From contig JAEUKI010000087.1 in NCBI GenBank assembly GCA_016793325.1, positions 116,189 to 180,188 of the forward strand: a stretch of 64,000 nucleotides of DNA, written 5' to 3'. Of this stretch, positions 8,994 to 18,608 are shown piece after piece. The notes under the pieces are model-generated. The model saw nothing but the letters and a program-made list of their open reading frames with translations. It was not told where the DNA came from and did not search any database. Numbering within the stretch: the stretch's first letter is position 1; the number at the start of each line of letters is the position of its first letter. A program made the translations under genes and the position numbers. Source of the DNA: Myxococcales bacterium (GTDB lineage: Bacteria; Myxococcota_A; Polyangia; Polyangiales; Ga0077539).

Positions 8994-9917
8994 ATGGCTG
9001 ACCACCGTCGGATGCTCGTTGTACTTCCGTCGACCGGAATTTCGCTCGCCGATGGGGACATCGATGAGCTCGTGAAGCGCACGCTCGACGTCGGCGAGCG
9101 CACCGCGGGAGACGCTGCGCGCGCCGTGGTCGACCTCACGCTCGCGGGAAAGATCCGCGCGCTCGGCGAACGCGCGCTCGCCAAGAGCTTCGACTCGCTG
9201 AGCACGCACGACAAAGAGTCGATGATCGCGAGCGCGCGCGTGGTGGTTCACGCGCTCGTGCGGCGGATGCTCGCGTCGGCGCAGGTGAGGGACGCGGCGC
9301 TGCCGTATCTGCGCTGCTACGAAGAGCGCGACGCAGCGCTCGAGTCGCTTCGGTCGAGCGACGGACCCTTTGCGGTCGGCGTCGTGTACGCAGCGCACCC
9401 GTACGTTCCGGACTTCTACATTTCGCTCGCGAGGTTTCATTCGCACTTGCTCGACGAGAAGCGCGCGGAGTTCGTTCGACTCGCCGCCGCCCTCGGCGCG
9501 CGTTCGATTCGGCTGGCGCAATCCGAGGACGAGACGCGATCGGCCGGCGCCCGCGCAGGCCTCGCGGGAACCAACGTCGCCGACGTCGGCCTCGGCGGAG
9601 CGCGGCACAGCAAGAGCGCTTCGAGCTTCGATCTGTCCGCGACGTTCGAGCCGCCTGCCGCCCGCCCGACGTTGCCGAACAAACTTCGGTGGATCCACCA
9701 CGAGCCGCTGTGGCAGGCGATGGCCGAGGCGCGCCTCGCGCACGGCGCAACTTCGTTCGCGGTCTCGTTTTCGTACGACCAGGACTTCGGCGTCGACGCC
9801 GCCGCGCAGCTCGCGATCGAAGGCATCGGTCTCAAGGCCGGAGGCAAGGTCACGCACACGAAATCAGTCTCGCAGACGTACGAGATCGAGTTTTGGCCGC
9901 AGCAGCGCGAGCGGTGA
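8994..9917 (+). CDS. hypothetical protein
   Basis: Track ORF 8658..9917 trimmed to aa113 (MADHRRMLVVLPSTG...). Helical N-terminal half and beta-rich C-terminal half (…SFAVSFSYDQDFGVDAAAQLAIEGIGLKAGGKVTHTKSVSQTYEIEFW). No motif recognised. Confidence 0.6.
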   Translation: MADHRRMLVVLPSTGISLADGDIDELVKRTLDVGERTAGDAARAVVDLTLAGKIRALGERALAKSFDSLSTHDKESMIASARVVVHALVRRMLASAQVRDAALPYLRCYEERDAALESLRSSDGPFAVGVVYAAHPYVPDFYISLARFHSHLLDEKRAEFVRLAAALGARSIRLAQSEDETRSAGARAGLAGTNVADVGLGGARHSKSASSFDLSATFEPPAARPTLPNKLRWIHHEPLWQAMAEARLAHGATSFAVSFSYDQDFGVDAAAQLAIEGIGLKAGGKVTHTKSVSQTYEIEFWPQQRER

Positions 9918-9919
9918 TG

Positions 9920-10225
9920 TCAGCCCGTCCCGGCGCGCGCTGCGTCTGCTGCGATCGCGCCGGTCGCGAACCAGTCTCCGAGCAGGGGCGTTCGGTACAA
10001 GTCCGCTTCGAGCAGGCAAAACAGCGTGGGCATGAATTCTGGTGCGTTGGTTGGGGCGCGCTCGGCTTCGTCAGGGTCGCGGAGGTCTACGACGACCCGG
10101 ACGCCTCGGTCGAAGAGCGCTCGCCATGCAGCGCGGTCGAGTCGTTGCGGCGAGCCACCGCGCAACCGTCGCCCAGCCGCGATCGAACCTTCGGTCGTGC
10201 ACAGTCCGGCGAGGTCGCGGAGGCT
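9920..10225 (-). pseudogene. decayed remnant of a tyrosine-phosphatase-family (Y_phosphatase3-like) gene
   Basis: The frame reads SLRDLAGLCTTEGSIAAGRRLRGGSPQRLDRAAWRALFDRGVRVVVDLRDPDEAE. This matches the N-terminal NFRDLGG...viDLRs..E pattern. An in-frame TAG lies at 10226-10228, directly upstream. The ORF stops about 50 aa later, before any HCxxGxxR catalytic loop. No usable start codon. Confidence 0.35.
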
Positions 10226-10365
10226 CTACGTACCGTCGCGGTCGAGGTCGAGCGTGGACGCTCGATAGGGCGTCGCGCCACGCGACGGCCAGAGATTTCG
10301 CGGCGAATCGTCGAGCGCCGTGGCAACCCAAGGATCGCGTAGCCCCGCGTGACAAAGGGTCCCTC

Positions 10366-11619
10366 ATGGCCCGATCGCGCTCGCTCGCTGTCGTCTCGGT
10401 AGCCCTCGTCGCGTGCACGCACGTGCATACGTTTGGGAGCGCGCCGCACAGCCTCTCGCCATCGAAGCGCGAGCCCCCGTCGAAGCAGGCGCGATCGTCG
10501 GCATCGGACCCGCGACGACCCGCGAGCGCAGCGTCTCCCATTCGCACCGAGCTCGCGTCGGTTGTCCTCGGCGTGAGCCGCGACCAGCGAACAGCGTTGC
10601 TCGTGGTCGGAGGCTACCCTGGTTTTCAGCAGCCGGGACGCTATCGACGCGTGGACATCAGCACGGGCGACACGGTCGAAGAGTTCGCGGGCGGATCGTT
10701 GCCGGGGCTGCCGGTCGCTGGCTACGTCACGGACGCGGAGCGCGCGCGGTGGGTTGCGCCTGCGACGCTGGGGTCGGACCTCGCGCGGGTCGGCGCCGTG
10801 TGGGCGGGCCTCGCGGACACGCGGCATCATCGCTTCGCGGCGAGCGCGCTCGGCGTCGTGTTCGGCGTTGGAGACGCGCTCTACGCCTCGGACGCGCGCG
10901 GAGAGCGCGTCGCGCCGCTGTCGCGTTCGGCCGCGTATGCGCCGCGATTTTCTCCGGACGGAACGCTCGTCGCCTGGGGCGAGTACATCGGCCGTCGAGA
11001 GGAAGGGATCTACGCCCTGCACGTCGCGAACATCGCTGATCGCCGTCCGCGTCGCGTCGCAGGCTCGGAGCACGTCGACTACGAAGGCCACCGATTCAGC
11101 CGCGACGGTCGGACGCTGTACTTCACGGCCTACGACGAGGCGCGTCGCTCGCACTGTTTTCGCGCAGCGTCGGTCGATCGCGACGGCGCGGTGACCGCGG
11201 CGCGCTCTGTGTTTTGCGGGGCGGATCGCAAGGACAACGTCGAGCTCACGATCTCGCCCTCGGGCACGACCGCGCTCGTCTCGGTTCGCCATCGCACAGA
11301 AGGCTCCGCGGGAACGATCGACCTCCACTGGATCCGCCTCTCGGACCAGCGCGAGCTCGCGCGCCACACGCGCTCGGGGGTCTTCGGGATGGGCTCGGTC
11401 ATGGACGACGGGCTCGTGGTCGCGAGCGTCGCGGGTGACACGGCGCTGATCGATCCAGTCTCGCGCACGCAGACGACGCTCTCGTGGATGCGGCTCGCGC
11501 CGAGGCACTACAGTCTCGCCTGGAGAAGCGCTGATGAACTCGTCGCGAGCACCCGCGAGGGCCTCCGCGTCATTCGGCCGCGACAGCTCTTCAACAGCGC
11601 CCAGGCGACGCCGTGGTGA
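10366..11619 (+). CDS. TolB-like PD40 beta-propeller lipoprotein
   Basis: Track ORF trimmed to aa109 (MARSRSLAVVSVALVAC). PD40-type motifs are present: FSPDGTLVAW, FSRDGRTLYF, ISPSGTTALV. Confidence 0.75.
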   Translation: MARSRSLAVVSVALVACTHVHTFGSAPHSLSPSKREPPSKQARSSASDPRRPASAASPIRTELASVVLGVSRDQRTALLVVGGYPGFQQPGRYRRVDISTGDTVEEFAGGSLPGLPVAGYVTDAERARWVAPATLGSDLARVGAVWAGLADTRHHRFAASALGVVFGVGDALYASDARGERVAPLSRSAAYAPRFSPDGTLVAWGEYIGRREEGIYALHVANIADRRPRRVAGSEHVDYEGHRFSRDGRTLYFTAYDEARRSHCFRAASVDRDGAVTAARSVFCGADRKDNVELTISPSGTTALVSVRHRTEGSAGTIDLHWIRLSDQRELARHTRSGVFGMGSVMDDGLVVASVAGDTALIDPVSRTQTTLSWMRLAPRHYSLAWRSADELVASTREGLRVIRPRQLFNSAQATPW

Positions 11620-11836
11620 GCGATGAAGAGTCCAGCCCGCGACGCAGCGTCGTGCCTATCTGGTCTCTCGGAAGCGAGGTGCTTGCGCGGCGCTCGCGAG
11701 GACCGATGGTCGTGAACGTGTGGCGTTCAAGCAGACGTTCGCCCGAACACCCATAGGCAGCGTCGATGTATGCGCTGCTGTTGGACTCGCGGAGAGCGTC
11801 GTTCGATCGTCGCGGTGCGAGGTAGAGTCGAGCGCG

Positions 11837-14800
11837 ATGTTGGCAGGGACGATCGTCGCCTCTCGGTTTCGTGTGATCGAAGCCGTGGGGCAGGGCGGGA
11901 TGGGTCAAGTGTTTCGCGCAGAAGACTTGAGCACCGGGCGTATGGTCGCGCTCAAGACGCTGCACGCGATCGACGGCTCCATGGTCGATCGCTTCGTACT
12001 CGAAGCGAAGACGCTCGCGTCTCTCGAGCACCCGTCCATCGTGGGGTACGTCGCGCACGGGACGACCGAGGGAGGAGTTCCGTTTCTGGCGATGCGATGG
12101 CTGGACGGAGAAGACCTGGCGCGCGTGCTGCGCCGTGGTGCGCTCTCGATCCAAGAGACGCTCGCGCTCGTGCGTCGCGTGTGCGAGGGGCTCATGGTGG
12201 CGCACCAGCGCGGGATCGTTCACCGTGATTTGAAGCCCGCGAACATCGTCCTCGTCGGTGGCGTCGCGAGCGGCGCGACGATCGTCGACTTCGGCATCGC
12301 GCGTCCCGACTCGCTGACCCGCGGACTGACGCGCACCGGCGCGATCGTGGGAACGGTGGGCTACATGTCCCCCGAGCAATTGCAGGGCGCGAAGGACTTG
12401 GACGGTCGTTCGGACTTGTTTTCGCTCGCGTGCGTCGCGTTCGAGTGCGTCACTGGCCGACCAGCGTTCGCGGCGGACAACCTCGGCGCGGCCATCGCGC
12501 AGATCTTGCTCGGGGAGTCGCCGCGCGCGAAGGACGTCGCGCCGGGCGTCCCTGCGGCGCTCGACGAGCTGATCGCGTCGATGATGCGCGTTCGCCGCGA
12601 GGATCGCGTGCAGAGCGCGCGCGCCGTCATCGACACGATCGACGCGTTTTCGCTCGACTCCGCAGAGCTGTCCGCCGCCGCCACGCAGCTCGCGCCGCGC
12701 GACGTGCGCCCGACGCTCCGCAGCGAACGCACGCCGGTCGCGATCGTGCTCGCGTGGCCAAACGACGCGTCGTCGACGCCCGAATCGAGCGACAACGAGG
12801 TGCAGCTCACCGTCGACGCGCTCGCGCGAAGGTGGGGCGGGACTTCGACAGCGCTCGCTGGGGGCGCGCTGCTGCTCGTGTTCGCGCACGGCTCGGCGAT
12901 GAACGAGAAGGTGCAACGCGCGGCGCGGGCGGCGCTAGACGTCTACGACGCGAGCGCGAGCGGGGCGCGCTGGGGCGTGTCTCTCTCGATCATGCAGGCC
13001 GAGACCGGCGGCGACGCCGCGACGATGAGCGCGCGCAGCGCGGTCGCGCAGAAGACTCCGACCGCGAGCGTCGCGCGCGGCGTGCTCCTGGATCCCGCGG
13101 CGACCGCGTTCTTGGGGCCATCGTTTTCGATCGACGGCGACGAGCTGCAGCGCGTGCTCGTGGGGTACGTCGCGAGCAAAGACGAGGCGAGGCCCGTGCT
13201 CGGTCGCAGCGCGGCGTGCGTCGGGCGCGACAAAGAGCTGCGGTTGATCGAGAGCACGCTCGATGAGTGCATCAGCGAGAGCTGCCATCGAGCGATCTTG
13301 TTGGTGGCGCCCGCGGGGCTCGGAAAATCGCGCGTTCGGCGGGAGTTCATCGAGCGCACGAAGGGTCGCGAGGACACGCGGGTCGTCGTCGCGCGCGCCG
13401 ACGTCGGAACGCAGTCCGCCACGCTCGCGACGCTCGCCGCGTGGATCGAAGACGCGCACGGACCGTTCGCGCGCGACGCGGGCGAGCGATGGGACACCCT
13501 GCTCGCCGGCGTGACAGCGCTCTGTCGCGCCGCGCCGAGCAGGGCGAACGACGCGCGGATGATGGCCGAGTTTCTCGGGGAAATCGCAGGCGTATCTCCG
13601 CCGCATCCGAGCGACACGCTGCTCGACGCTCGCTCGAACCCGCGCGACATGCGGATGCGCTTGCAGTCGACGCTCGAGTCGTGGCTGCTCGCGCTGTGCG
13701 CGGTGACCCCGACGGTCCTCGTGTTGGAAGACCTGCACTTCGTCGATGCGTCCTCGAGCTCGCTGCTCTCGAGCGTGTGGAGCGCCCTCGAAGACGCGCC
13801 GCTGCTCTTGCTCATGACCTCGTGGCCCGAAGCCGAGTCGCAGCACCCCGCGCTCTGGTCGCTCAAGAACGAGCACGTGATCAAGCTCGATCCGCTGGCG
13901 AAGCGCGCGTCCGAGCGGCTCGCGCGACAGCTGCTCGGCGACGATGCGCCGGCGACGCTCGTGCAGCGCGTCTGCGAACTCTCCGCGGGAAACGTGTTTC
14001 TCCTCGAAGAGGTGATCCGCCACGCCGGGGCGGGCAGGTCGCTCGACCAACTGCCGACGAGCGCCGTCGCCGTCGTGCAGTCCCGCCTGCAAGCGCTGCC
14101 CGCGGACACCCGAAAGGTGTTGCGCGCCGCGAGCGTCCTCGGCGAGCGCTTCGATCCGGCGGCGCTCGACGCGCTCAAGATTTCGGATTCGGCCACGGAG
14201 GATCACGGCGCGGTGCTCGAGCGGCTGCGCCGCGAGGAGCTCGTCTTGTCGCCTGCGGACGATCGAAACGCGAAGGGCGAGTGGAGCTTTCGGCACTCGC
14301 TCGTGCGTCAGGCCGCGTACGAGATGCTCACGGACGCCGACCGCGCGAGCGCGCATCGAGCGGCCGCCGAGTGGCTCGCCTCGCGTTCGGACGCAGATCC
14401 CGCGGTGATCGCGACGCACTACGAGCGCGCGGGCGCGTTCGTCGAGGCCGCGCCTTGGCTGCTTCGCGCGATCGTCGAGCGAGAAGAGATCGGCGACTAC
14501 GCCGCGGTCTCGGAGCTCGCGCGGCGCGCGGACCACCCTGCGATCCCCGTCGATGTGCGCGCGGACGCTGTGTTCATGTACTTCTATGCCGAGCTCTTTC
14601 TCGGGCGCGAGGCGGTCATCGGCGAGATGGAAGTGCGGCTCGCGAGCGGAGAGTTTCCGAAGGGCTCTGTCGGGTGGTCTGCGCTCACCGCTTCGCACCT
14701 CGCGATGAAGGTCCACGCAGGAATCGCGTTCGACGTACGGCGCGAGGTGCACAACTTGTTCGAGGGCGGGATGCGATTCTCGTCGTCGCTCTCGTCGGTG

Positions 14801-15682
14801 TTTACGCTCGCGCTGCTCTGCGTCTCGCTCATGCACCTCGGGATGCGCGCCGAAGCGCGCCGCGTCGCGGACAAGCTGCAAGAGCTCACGGACGCGCCGC
14901 AGACGCCGGTCGGCTGGATCGCGCTTCGCGAGTCGTACGTCCCGTGGTTGCTCGCCGTGGAGGACGACCCGTCGGCGCTCGCGCGGCACCGTGAGGCGAT
15001 TCGGCTCGCGCGGGCGCACTGCAACGCGATGCGACAGCTCGAGATCATCCCGCCCTACGTGGCGTTTGCGATCGAGTTCGGGCAAGAGGACGAGGCTCGA
15101 TCGATCGCGAGATCATTCGTCGCGCCCGCCGGGCAAGCGCACCCCGCGGGAGACTTCGGGCTCATGGGGGACGCGGCGATCGCGACGTTCGGGGCCGAGC
15201 GCCGGGACTGCAGGGAGCTGCTCGCGCTGCAGCGAAATCCCGAGTGGAAGCACGTTGACCTTTGGCTCCGCGCGTTTTGCTTCGCGAGCCCGTCGCTCGC
15301 GGCGCCGAACGACGCCTCGATCGCGCGAGAAGCGTCGGCTCGGCTCGACGAGCTGCTTGGAGAGTGTGGACCGATGTTGACGCATCGCTCGTCGGTCCTC
15401 GCGCTCATCGCCGAGTGTTCGCTCAGCGCTGGCGACGCAGCGCGCGCGCTGGCGGCGACGGACGACGTGTTCGCGACCGGCGACCTGCTCTTGCCGATGA
15501 TGCGCACGCGCAACCTCTTGACCCGCGTCCGAGCGCTGCGAGCGCTCGGGCGACTCGACGAGGCCGAGCGCGAAGCGGGCCTCGCGAAGAGCAGGCTGAC
15601 CTTGTTCGCAAACGGCCTGGACGACCGCGATCGCGCGGTGTTTCTGCGGGCGCCCGCCGTGCGTCAGACGATGGAGCTCTGA
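11837..15682 (+). CDS. Ser/Thr protein kinase fused to P-loop NTPase and TPR-like helical region
   Basis: Start at aa40 (MLAGTIVASRFRV). Kinase motifs: GQGGMGQV, HRDLKPANIV, DFGIA, GTVGYMSPE. Walker A: APAGLGKSRV. A helical C-terminus of about 600 aa follows. Confidence 0.92.
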   Translation: MLAGTIVASRFRVIEAVGQGGMGQVFRAEDLSTGRMVALKTLHAIDGSMVDRFVLEAKTLASLEHPSIVGYVAHGTTEGGVPFLAMRWLDGEDLARVLRRGALSIQETLALVRRVCEGLMVAHQRGIVHRDLKPANIVLVGGVASGATIVDFGIARPDSLTRGLTRTGAIVGTVGYMSPEQLQGAKDLDGRSDLFSLACVAFECVTGRPAFAADNLGAAIAQILLGESPRAKDVAPGVPAALDELIASMMRVRREDRVQSARAVIDTIDAFSLDSAELSAAATQLAPRDVRPTLRSERTPVAIVLAWPNDASSTPESSDNEVQLTVDALARRWGGTSTALAGGALLLVFAHGSAMNEKVQRAARAALDVYDASASGARWGVSLSIMQAETGGDAATMSARSAVAQKTPTASVARGVLLDPAATAFLGPSFSIDGDELQRVLVGYVASKDEARPVLGRSAACVGRDKELRLIESTLDECISESCHRAILLVAPAGLGKSRVRREFIERTKGREDTRVVVARADVGTQSATLATLAAWIEDAHGPFARDAGERWDTLLAGVTALCRAAPSRANDARMMAEFLGEIAGVSPPHPSDTLLDARSNPRDMRMRLQSTLESWLLALCAVTPTVLVLEDLHFVDASSSSLLSSVWSALEDAPLLLLMTSWPEAESQHPALWSLKNEHVIKLDPLAKRASERLARQLLGDDAPATLVQRVCELSAGNVFLLEEVIRHAGAGRSLDQLPTSAVAVVQSRLQALPADTRKVLRAASVLGERFDPAALDALKISDSATEDHGAVLERLRREELVLSPADDRNAKGEWSFRHSLVRQAAYEMLTDADRASAHRAAAEWLASRSDADPAVIATHYERAGAFVEAAPWLLRAIVEREEIGDYAAVSELARRADHPAIPVDVRADAVFMYFYAELFLGREAVIGEMEVRLASGEFPKGSVGWSALTASHLAMKVHAGIAFDVRREVHNLFEGGMRFSSSLSSVFTLALLCVSLMHLGMRAEARRVADKLQELTDAPQTPVGWIALRESYVPWLLAVEDDPSALARHREAIRLARAHCNAMRQLEIIPPYVAFAIEFGQEDEARSIARSFVAPAGQAHPAGDFGLMGDAAIATFGAERRDCRELLALQRNPEWKHVDLWLRAFCFASPSLAAPNDASIAREASARLDELLGECGPMLTHRSSVLALIAECSLSAGDAARALAATDDVFATGDLLLPMMRTRNLLTRVRALRALGRLDEAEREAGLAKSRLTLFANGLDDRDRAVFLRAPAVRQTMEL

Positions 15683-15790
15683 GCGCGTACGCCGGCGTTG
15701 TCCGCGCCGCGCGGTCACGCTCGCACACGTATTCAATTTCGACCGTGATTCGCTGCGACGCGCGCGATGGAGCTCGGGTGATCGAACGAC

Positions 15791-16252
15791 TCACGAGCTC
15801 CCGGTGCGCTGTCGCTGAGCCGCGACTATCTCCTCGCGCACCACCAACGATCGCAGCGCGCCTCGGGTGACGAGCCAGTAAACGATCACGGTGACGCACG
15901 CGGCGTCGCCGAGCGCGGCGAACACGGTGAGCGGCGTCGCGAGTCCCGCGGTGATCGGGCCGAGGAGGCGAATCGCGTAGAGGGTCTTTCCGATCGCGCC
16001 GAGCAAGAGGATGAGCGCGTGGCGGTGCGGGTCGCGCGCCGCGAACGCGTAGCCGATCGCGAAGAGCAGCGTCTGCCCCCACGCGCCGCGGTAGAGATCC
16101 AAGACGAGCGGCGATTCGGGCAGGTGTCCGTGAAAGCGCACGAAGCTCGCGCGCGGATCGAAGAAGCCAGGGACCGCGCCGAGCGCCGTCCACGCGGCGA
16201 CGAGGGCGAAGGCGAACGAGAAGGGATCGCGTCGAGCGGTTGTCGTGTTCAT
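15791..16252 (-). CDS. small integral membrane protein
   Basis: Track ORF trimmed to aa14 (MNTTTARRDPFSFAFALVAAW...). Four predicted hydrophobic helices. No motif recognised. Confidence 0.6.
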   Translation of the reverse strand: MNTTTARRDPFSFAFALVAAWTALGAVPGFFDPRASFVRFHGHLPESPLVLDLYRGAWGQTLLFAIGYAFAARDPHRHALILLLGAIGKTLYAIRLLGPITAGLATPLTVFAALGDAACVTVIVYWLVTRGALRSLVVREEIVAAQRQRTGSS

Positions 16253-16292
16253 GGCCCGAGCATGAACATCGCGCGGCGCGAAGGTCCTCAAC

Positions 16293-16892
16293 CTAGGTCG
16301 AGACGCGCCGCGATTTGCGCCGTGAACGGAGACGGCTGAGCTGCGTCGGCGTGATCCCGAGGTACGCCGCGATCTGATAGAGCGGGATCTCGAACTCGAG
16401 CCGAGGGTAGCGTTCGGTCAGCGCTGCGTACCGCCGAGACGCGCTCATCGTCGCGATCTCGAGCTCTCGACGCTCGTTCTCGAGGTAGAGGCTCTCCGCG
16501 AAGCGCCGCTGAATTTGCAGGAGATCGATGAAGTCTCGCTCGAGTCTCAGGAGCGCGTCGTGCTCGAGCGTCCACACGACGCTGTCCGTGAGCGCCTCCT
16601 GCGGAAGCTCCACGGGCTGTCGCGTGAGCAGCGACGCGTAGTCGCCGATGAGCGCCGGGGCGACGAAGAAGTACTTGTTGTATTCTTTTCCGTCGGCCGT
16701 TGTGTAGTACGCGCGGACGACGCCTCGCTCGAGCAGACCGATCGTTCGCTGGCGTTTTCCCAGGACCGCGAAGTGTTCTCCGCGCGCGAGCGGGCGACGC
16801 GAGAGGAGGGGACGCAGCGCGCTCCATACGGGATCTGGGAGCGGATGAACGGCGTTGATCATCGCGACGAGCTCGGCGGGAAGGTCACTCAT
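16293..16892 (-). CDS. Crp/Fnr-family transcriptional regulator
   Basis: cNMP-binding beta-roll pattern (GEHFAVLG...IGLLERGVVRAYY...DGKE). C-terminal HTH (IPLYQIAAYLGITPTQLSRLR). Confidence 0.85.
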   Translation of the reverse strand: MSDLPAELVAMINAVHPLPDPVWSALRPLLSRRPLARGEHFAVLGKRQRTIGLLERGVVRAYYTTADGKEYNKYFFVAPALIGDYASLLTRQPVELPQEALTDSVVWTLEHDALLRLERDFIDLLQIQRRFAESLYLENERRELEIATMSASRRYAALTERYPRLEFEIPLYQIAAYLGITPTQLSRLRSRRKSRRVST

Positions 16893-17081
16893 GGTCGCGC
16901 GCTCGCGAGCGTGTCGAGGATGATCGGAGCGGCAACGCGCGCGGGCACCCGAAGCGGCAGCGCAGAGCGGCGCGATGGATCAGCATCGTGCGCGAAGTGT
17001 ATCGGAAGACGTCGTCGCGATCGCTCGCCCGCGGGCCCCGTCTGTTTGACCGAGGTTCGACGCGAGCGCGATACTCGAACC

Positions 17082-18032
17082 GTGCCCTATCGCGAAAGCG
17101 CTGACGCATCGGCGCCATTGCAGCGCGTCGAGCTGCTTCGCATCGGGTCGACGACGACGACGCTCGCACCGCAGCTCGCGGTCGGCGCGTTGGTGCTCGT
17201 CGCGTGCGCGGCGTTTTCACACTGCGGTCGAGGACCCGCCGTGAGTTGGGCGGACGCGCTCCTCGTCGTCGGCGTCGCGGTCGCGTGGTACGTCCGAAAG
17301 GCGTCGCTCGAAGACGCGCAGGTCGTCGTGTCGCTCGAGCGCACCGAAGCCGGTCGCGCCGTGCTCATCGAACGAACCCTCGGATCGGTGGTTCGGAGAC
17401 AGCGCATCGAAACCGAAGAGCTCGTGACGCTGAGCACCGAGACGAGCGCCGCTTCGTCGTTGTCCGCAGAGACCGCTGCGTTGACCGTGCGCTTGCACGC
17501 GGGGACGTCCGAGCCGATCGAGCTCTATTCGGCCTCGGGCGACGAAGCGACGAAGCGAGTCAGGGCGGCGATCGAGGGGTTCGAGCAGCGCGCCGCGCGC
17601 GTTCCGACCGCAAGAGAGCTTCGGAAGCTCACAGCGGCGAACGCGAAGAGTCCTGACAAGAACCAGCGCGAGCTCAACGATCGCTACCGCGCCTGGTTCG
17701 ACGAGGCCATCGCGGCGGACAACCCCGAGGTGCTCGGCGACGTTCTCGATCGAGGATTTTCGATCGACCACTCCATCGACGCCGACGGAAGCACCGCGCT
17801 GGACGTGGCCACGCGCCGCGGCGCAGCCAAGTGTGTTCGACTGCTCGTCGAACGCGCCGATCGCGCCCTCGCGCAGCGCGCGACGCTTTCGGCGGGCGCC
17901 GCCGAGGCAGAGGCGGGCGAGGTCACGCGCGTTCGCGTCGATGCAGGCGCAAATTCGCAGAGTTCTGGCCGTGCGGGCGAAGACGCGGACGAGGTGTTTG
18001 CGAGCGCCGAGACGACGACGGCGAAGAAGTAG
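17082..18032 (+). CDS. membrane-anchored ankyrin-repeat protein
   Basis: The first 189 codons of the track ORF are antisense to the crp-like gene, so I start at GTG aa190. One TM helix (LAVGALVLVACAAF). Ankyrin-like segment DADGSTALDVATRRGAAKCVRLLVERA. The start is uncertain. Confidence 0.6.
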   Translation: MPYRESADASAPLQRVELLRIGSTTTTLAPQLAVGALVLVACAAFSHCGRGPAVSWADALLVVGVAVAWYVRKASLEDAQVVVSLERTEAGRAVLIERTLGSVVRRQRIETEELVTLSTETSAASSLSAETAALTVRLHAGTSEPIELYSASGDEATKRVRAAIEGFEQRAARVPTARELRKLTAANAKSPDKNQRELNDRYRAWFDEAIAADNPEVLGDVLDRGFSIDHSIDADGSTALDVATRRGAAKCVRLLVERADRALAQRATLSAGAAEAEAGEVTRVRVDAGANSQSSGRAGEDADEVFASAETTTAKK

Positions 18033-18078
18033 CCAACGCGAACCGTCGCTGCGCGTCGCAGCGCCGCTCGCTTCTCGC

Positions 18079-18513
18079 TCACGTCGGCTTCGACGAGCTT
18101 GTCGTGTTGGGGCGCGCGACGCGCGAACGACGCAGCACGCGCAGGAGCGCGCGGAGGTTGGCGATCGCCGAGGTGATCGCGACCGCGCTGATCGAGACGA
18201 TCCCGGTCCCTGTCGCGCTCTCGTGCCAGCGCACAATCTCCGCAGCGAAGCGCTCGCGAACGACGGACTCGGCGCCGAGGGACCCTGAGCTCACCGACTC
18301 GTCGATTCGCGCGTGCATTTGCGCGGCTGTGAACAGCGTCAGCAGCGCGAAGCCGACGGCGAGCACGCTGTGAACGATCCGCGGAACGCGGCCCCAACGT
18401 CGATCGGGATCGTCCACAGCGACCGCGAACAACGCGAGCACGAGGAGCGTCGGCGCGACGCAGAACAGCGTGAGCACGAGCTGCGCCCCGGTCGCCTCGT
18501 GGATCGGGTTCAC
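18079..18513 (-). CDS. small integral membrane protein
   Basis: Only the C-terminal 144 codons of ORF 18079..19125 look coding. The GTG at 18513 is preceded by AAGGAG with 7 nt spacing. Two to three TM helices. Confidence 0.55.
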   Translation of the reverse strand: MNPIHEATGAQLVLTLFCVAPTLLVLALFAVAVDDPDRRWGRVPRIVHSVLAVGFALLTLFTAAQMHARIDESVSSGSLGAESVVRERFAAEIVRWHESATGTGIVSISAVAITSAIANLRALLRVLRRSRVARPNTTSSSKPT

Positions 18514-18608
18514 GACTTGGCTCCTTCCATGGCTCTGCCATCCGTTGGCGACCCGCAGGCTGCGTGGTTCATGACTTCCGCTGGCCTGTACGTCTACGTG
18601 AAAATTCC

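Noticed and set aside
12935-15085. 716-aa minus-strand ORF
   Set aside because: It is antisense to the kinase/NTPase gene. Arg/Glu/Asp-rich with no motif.
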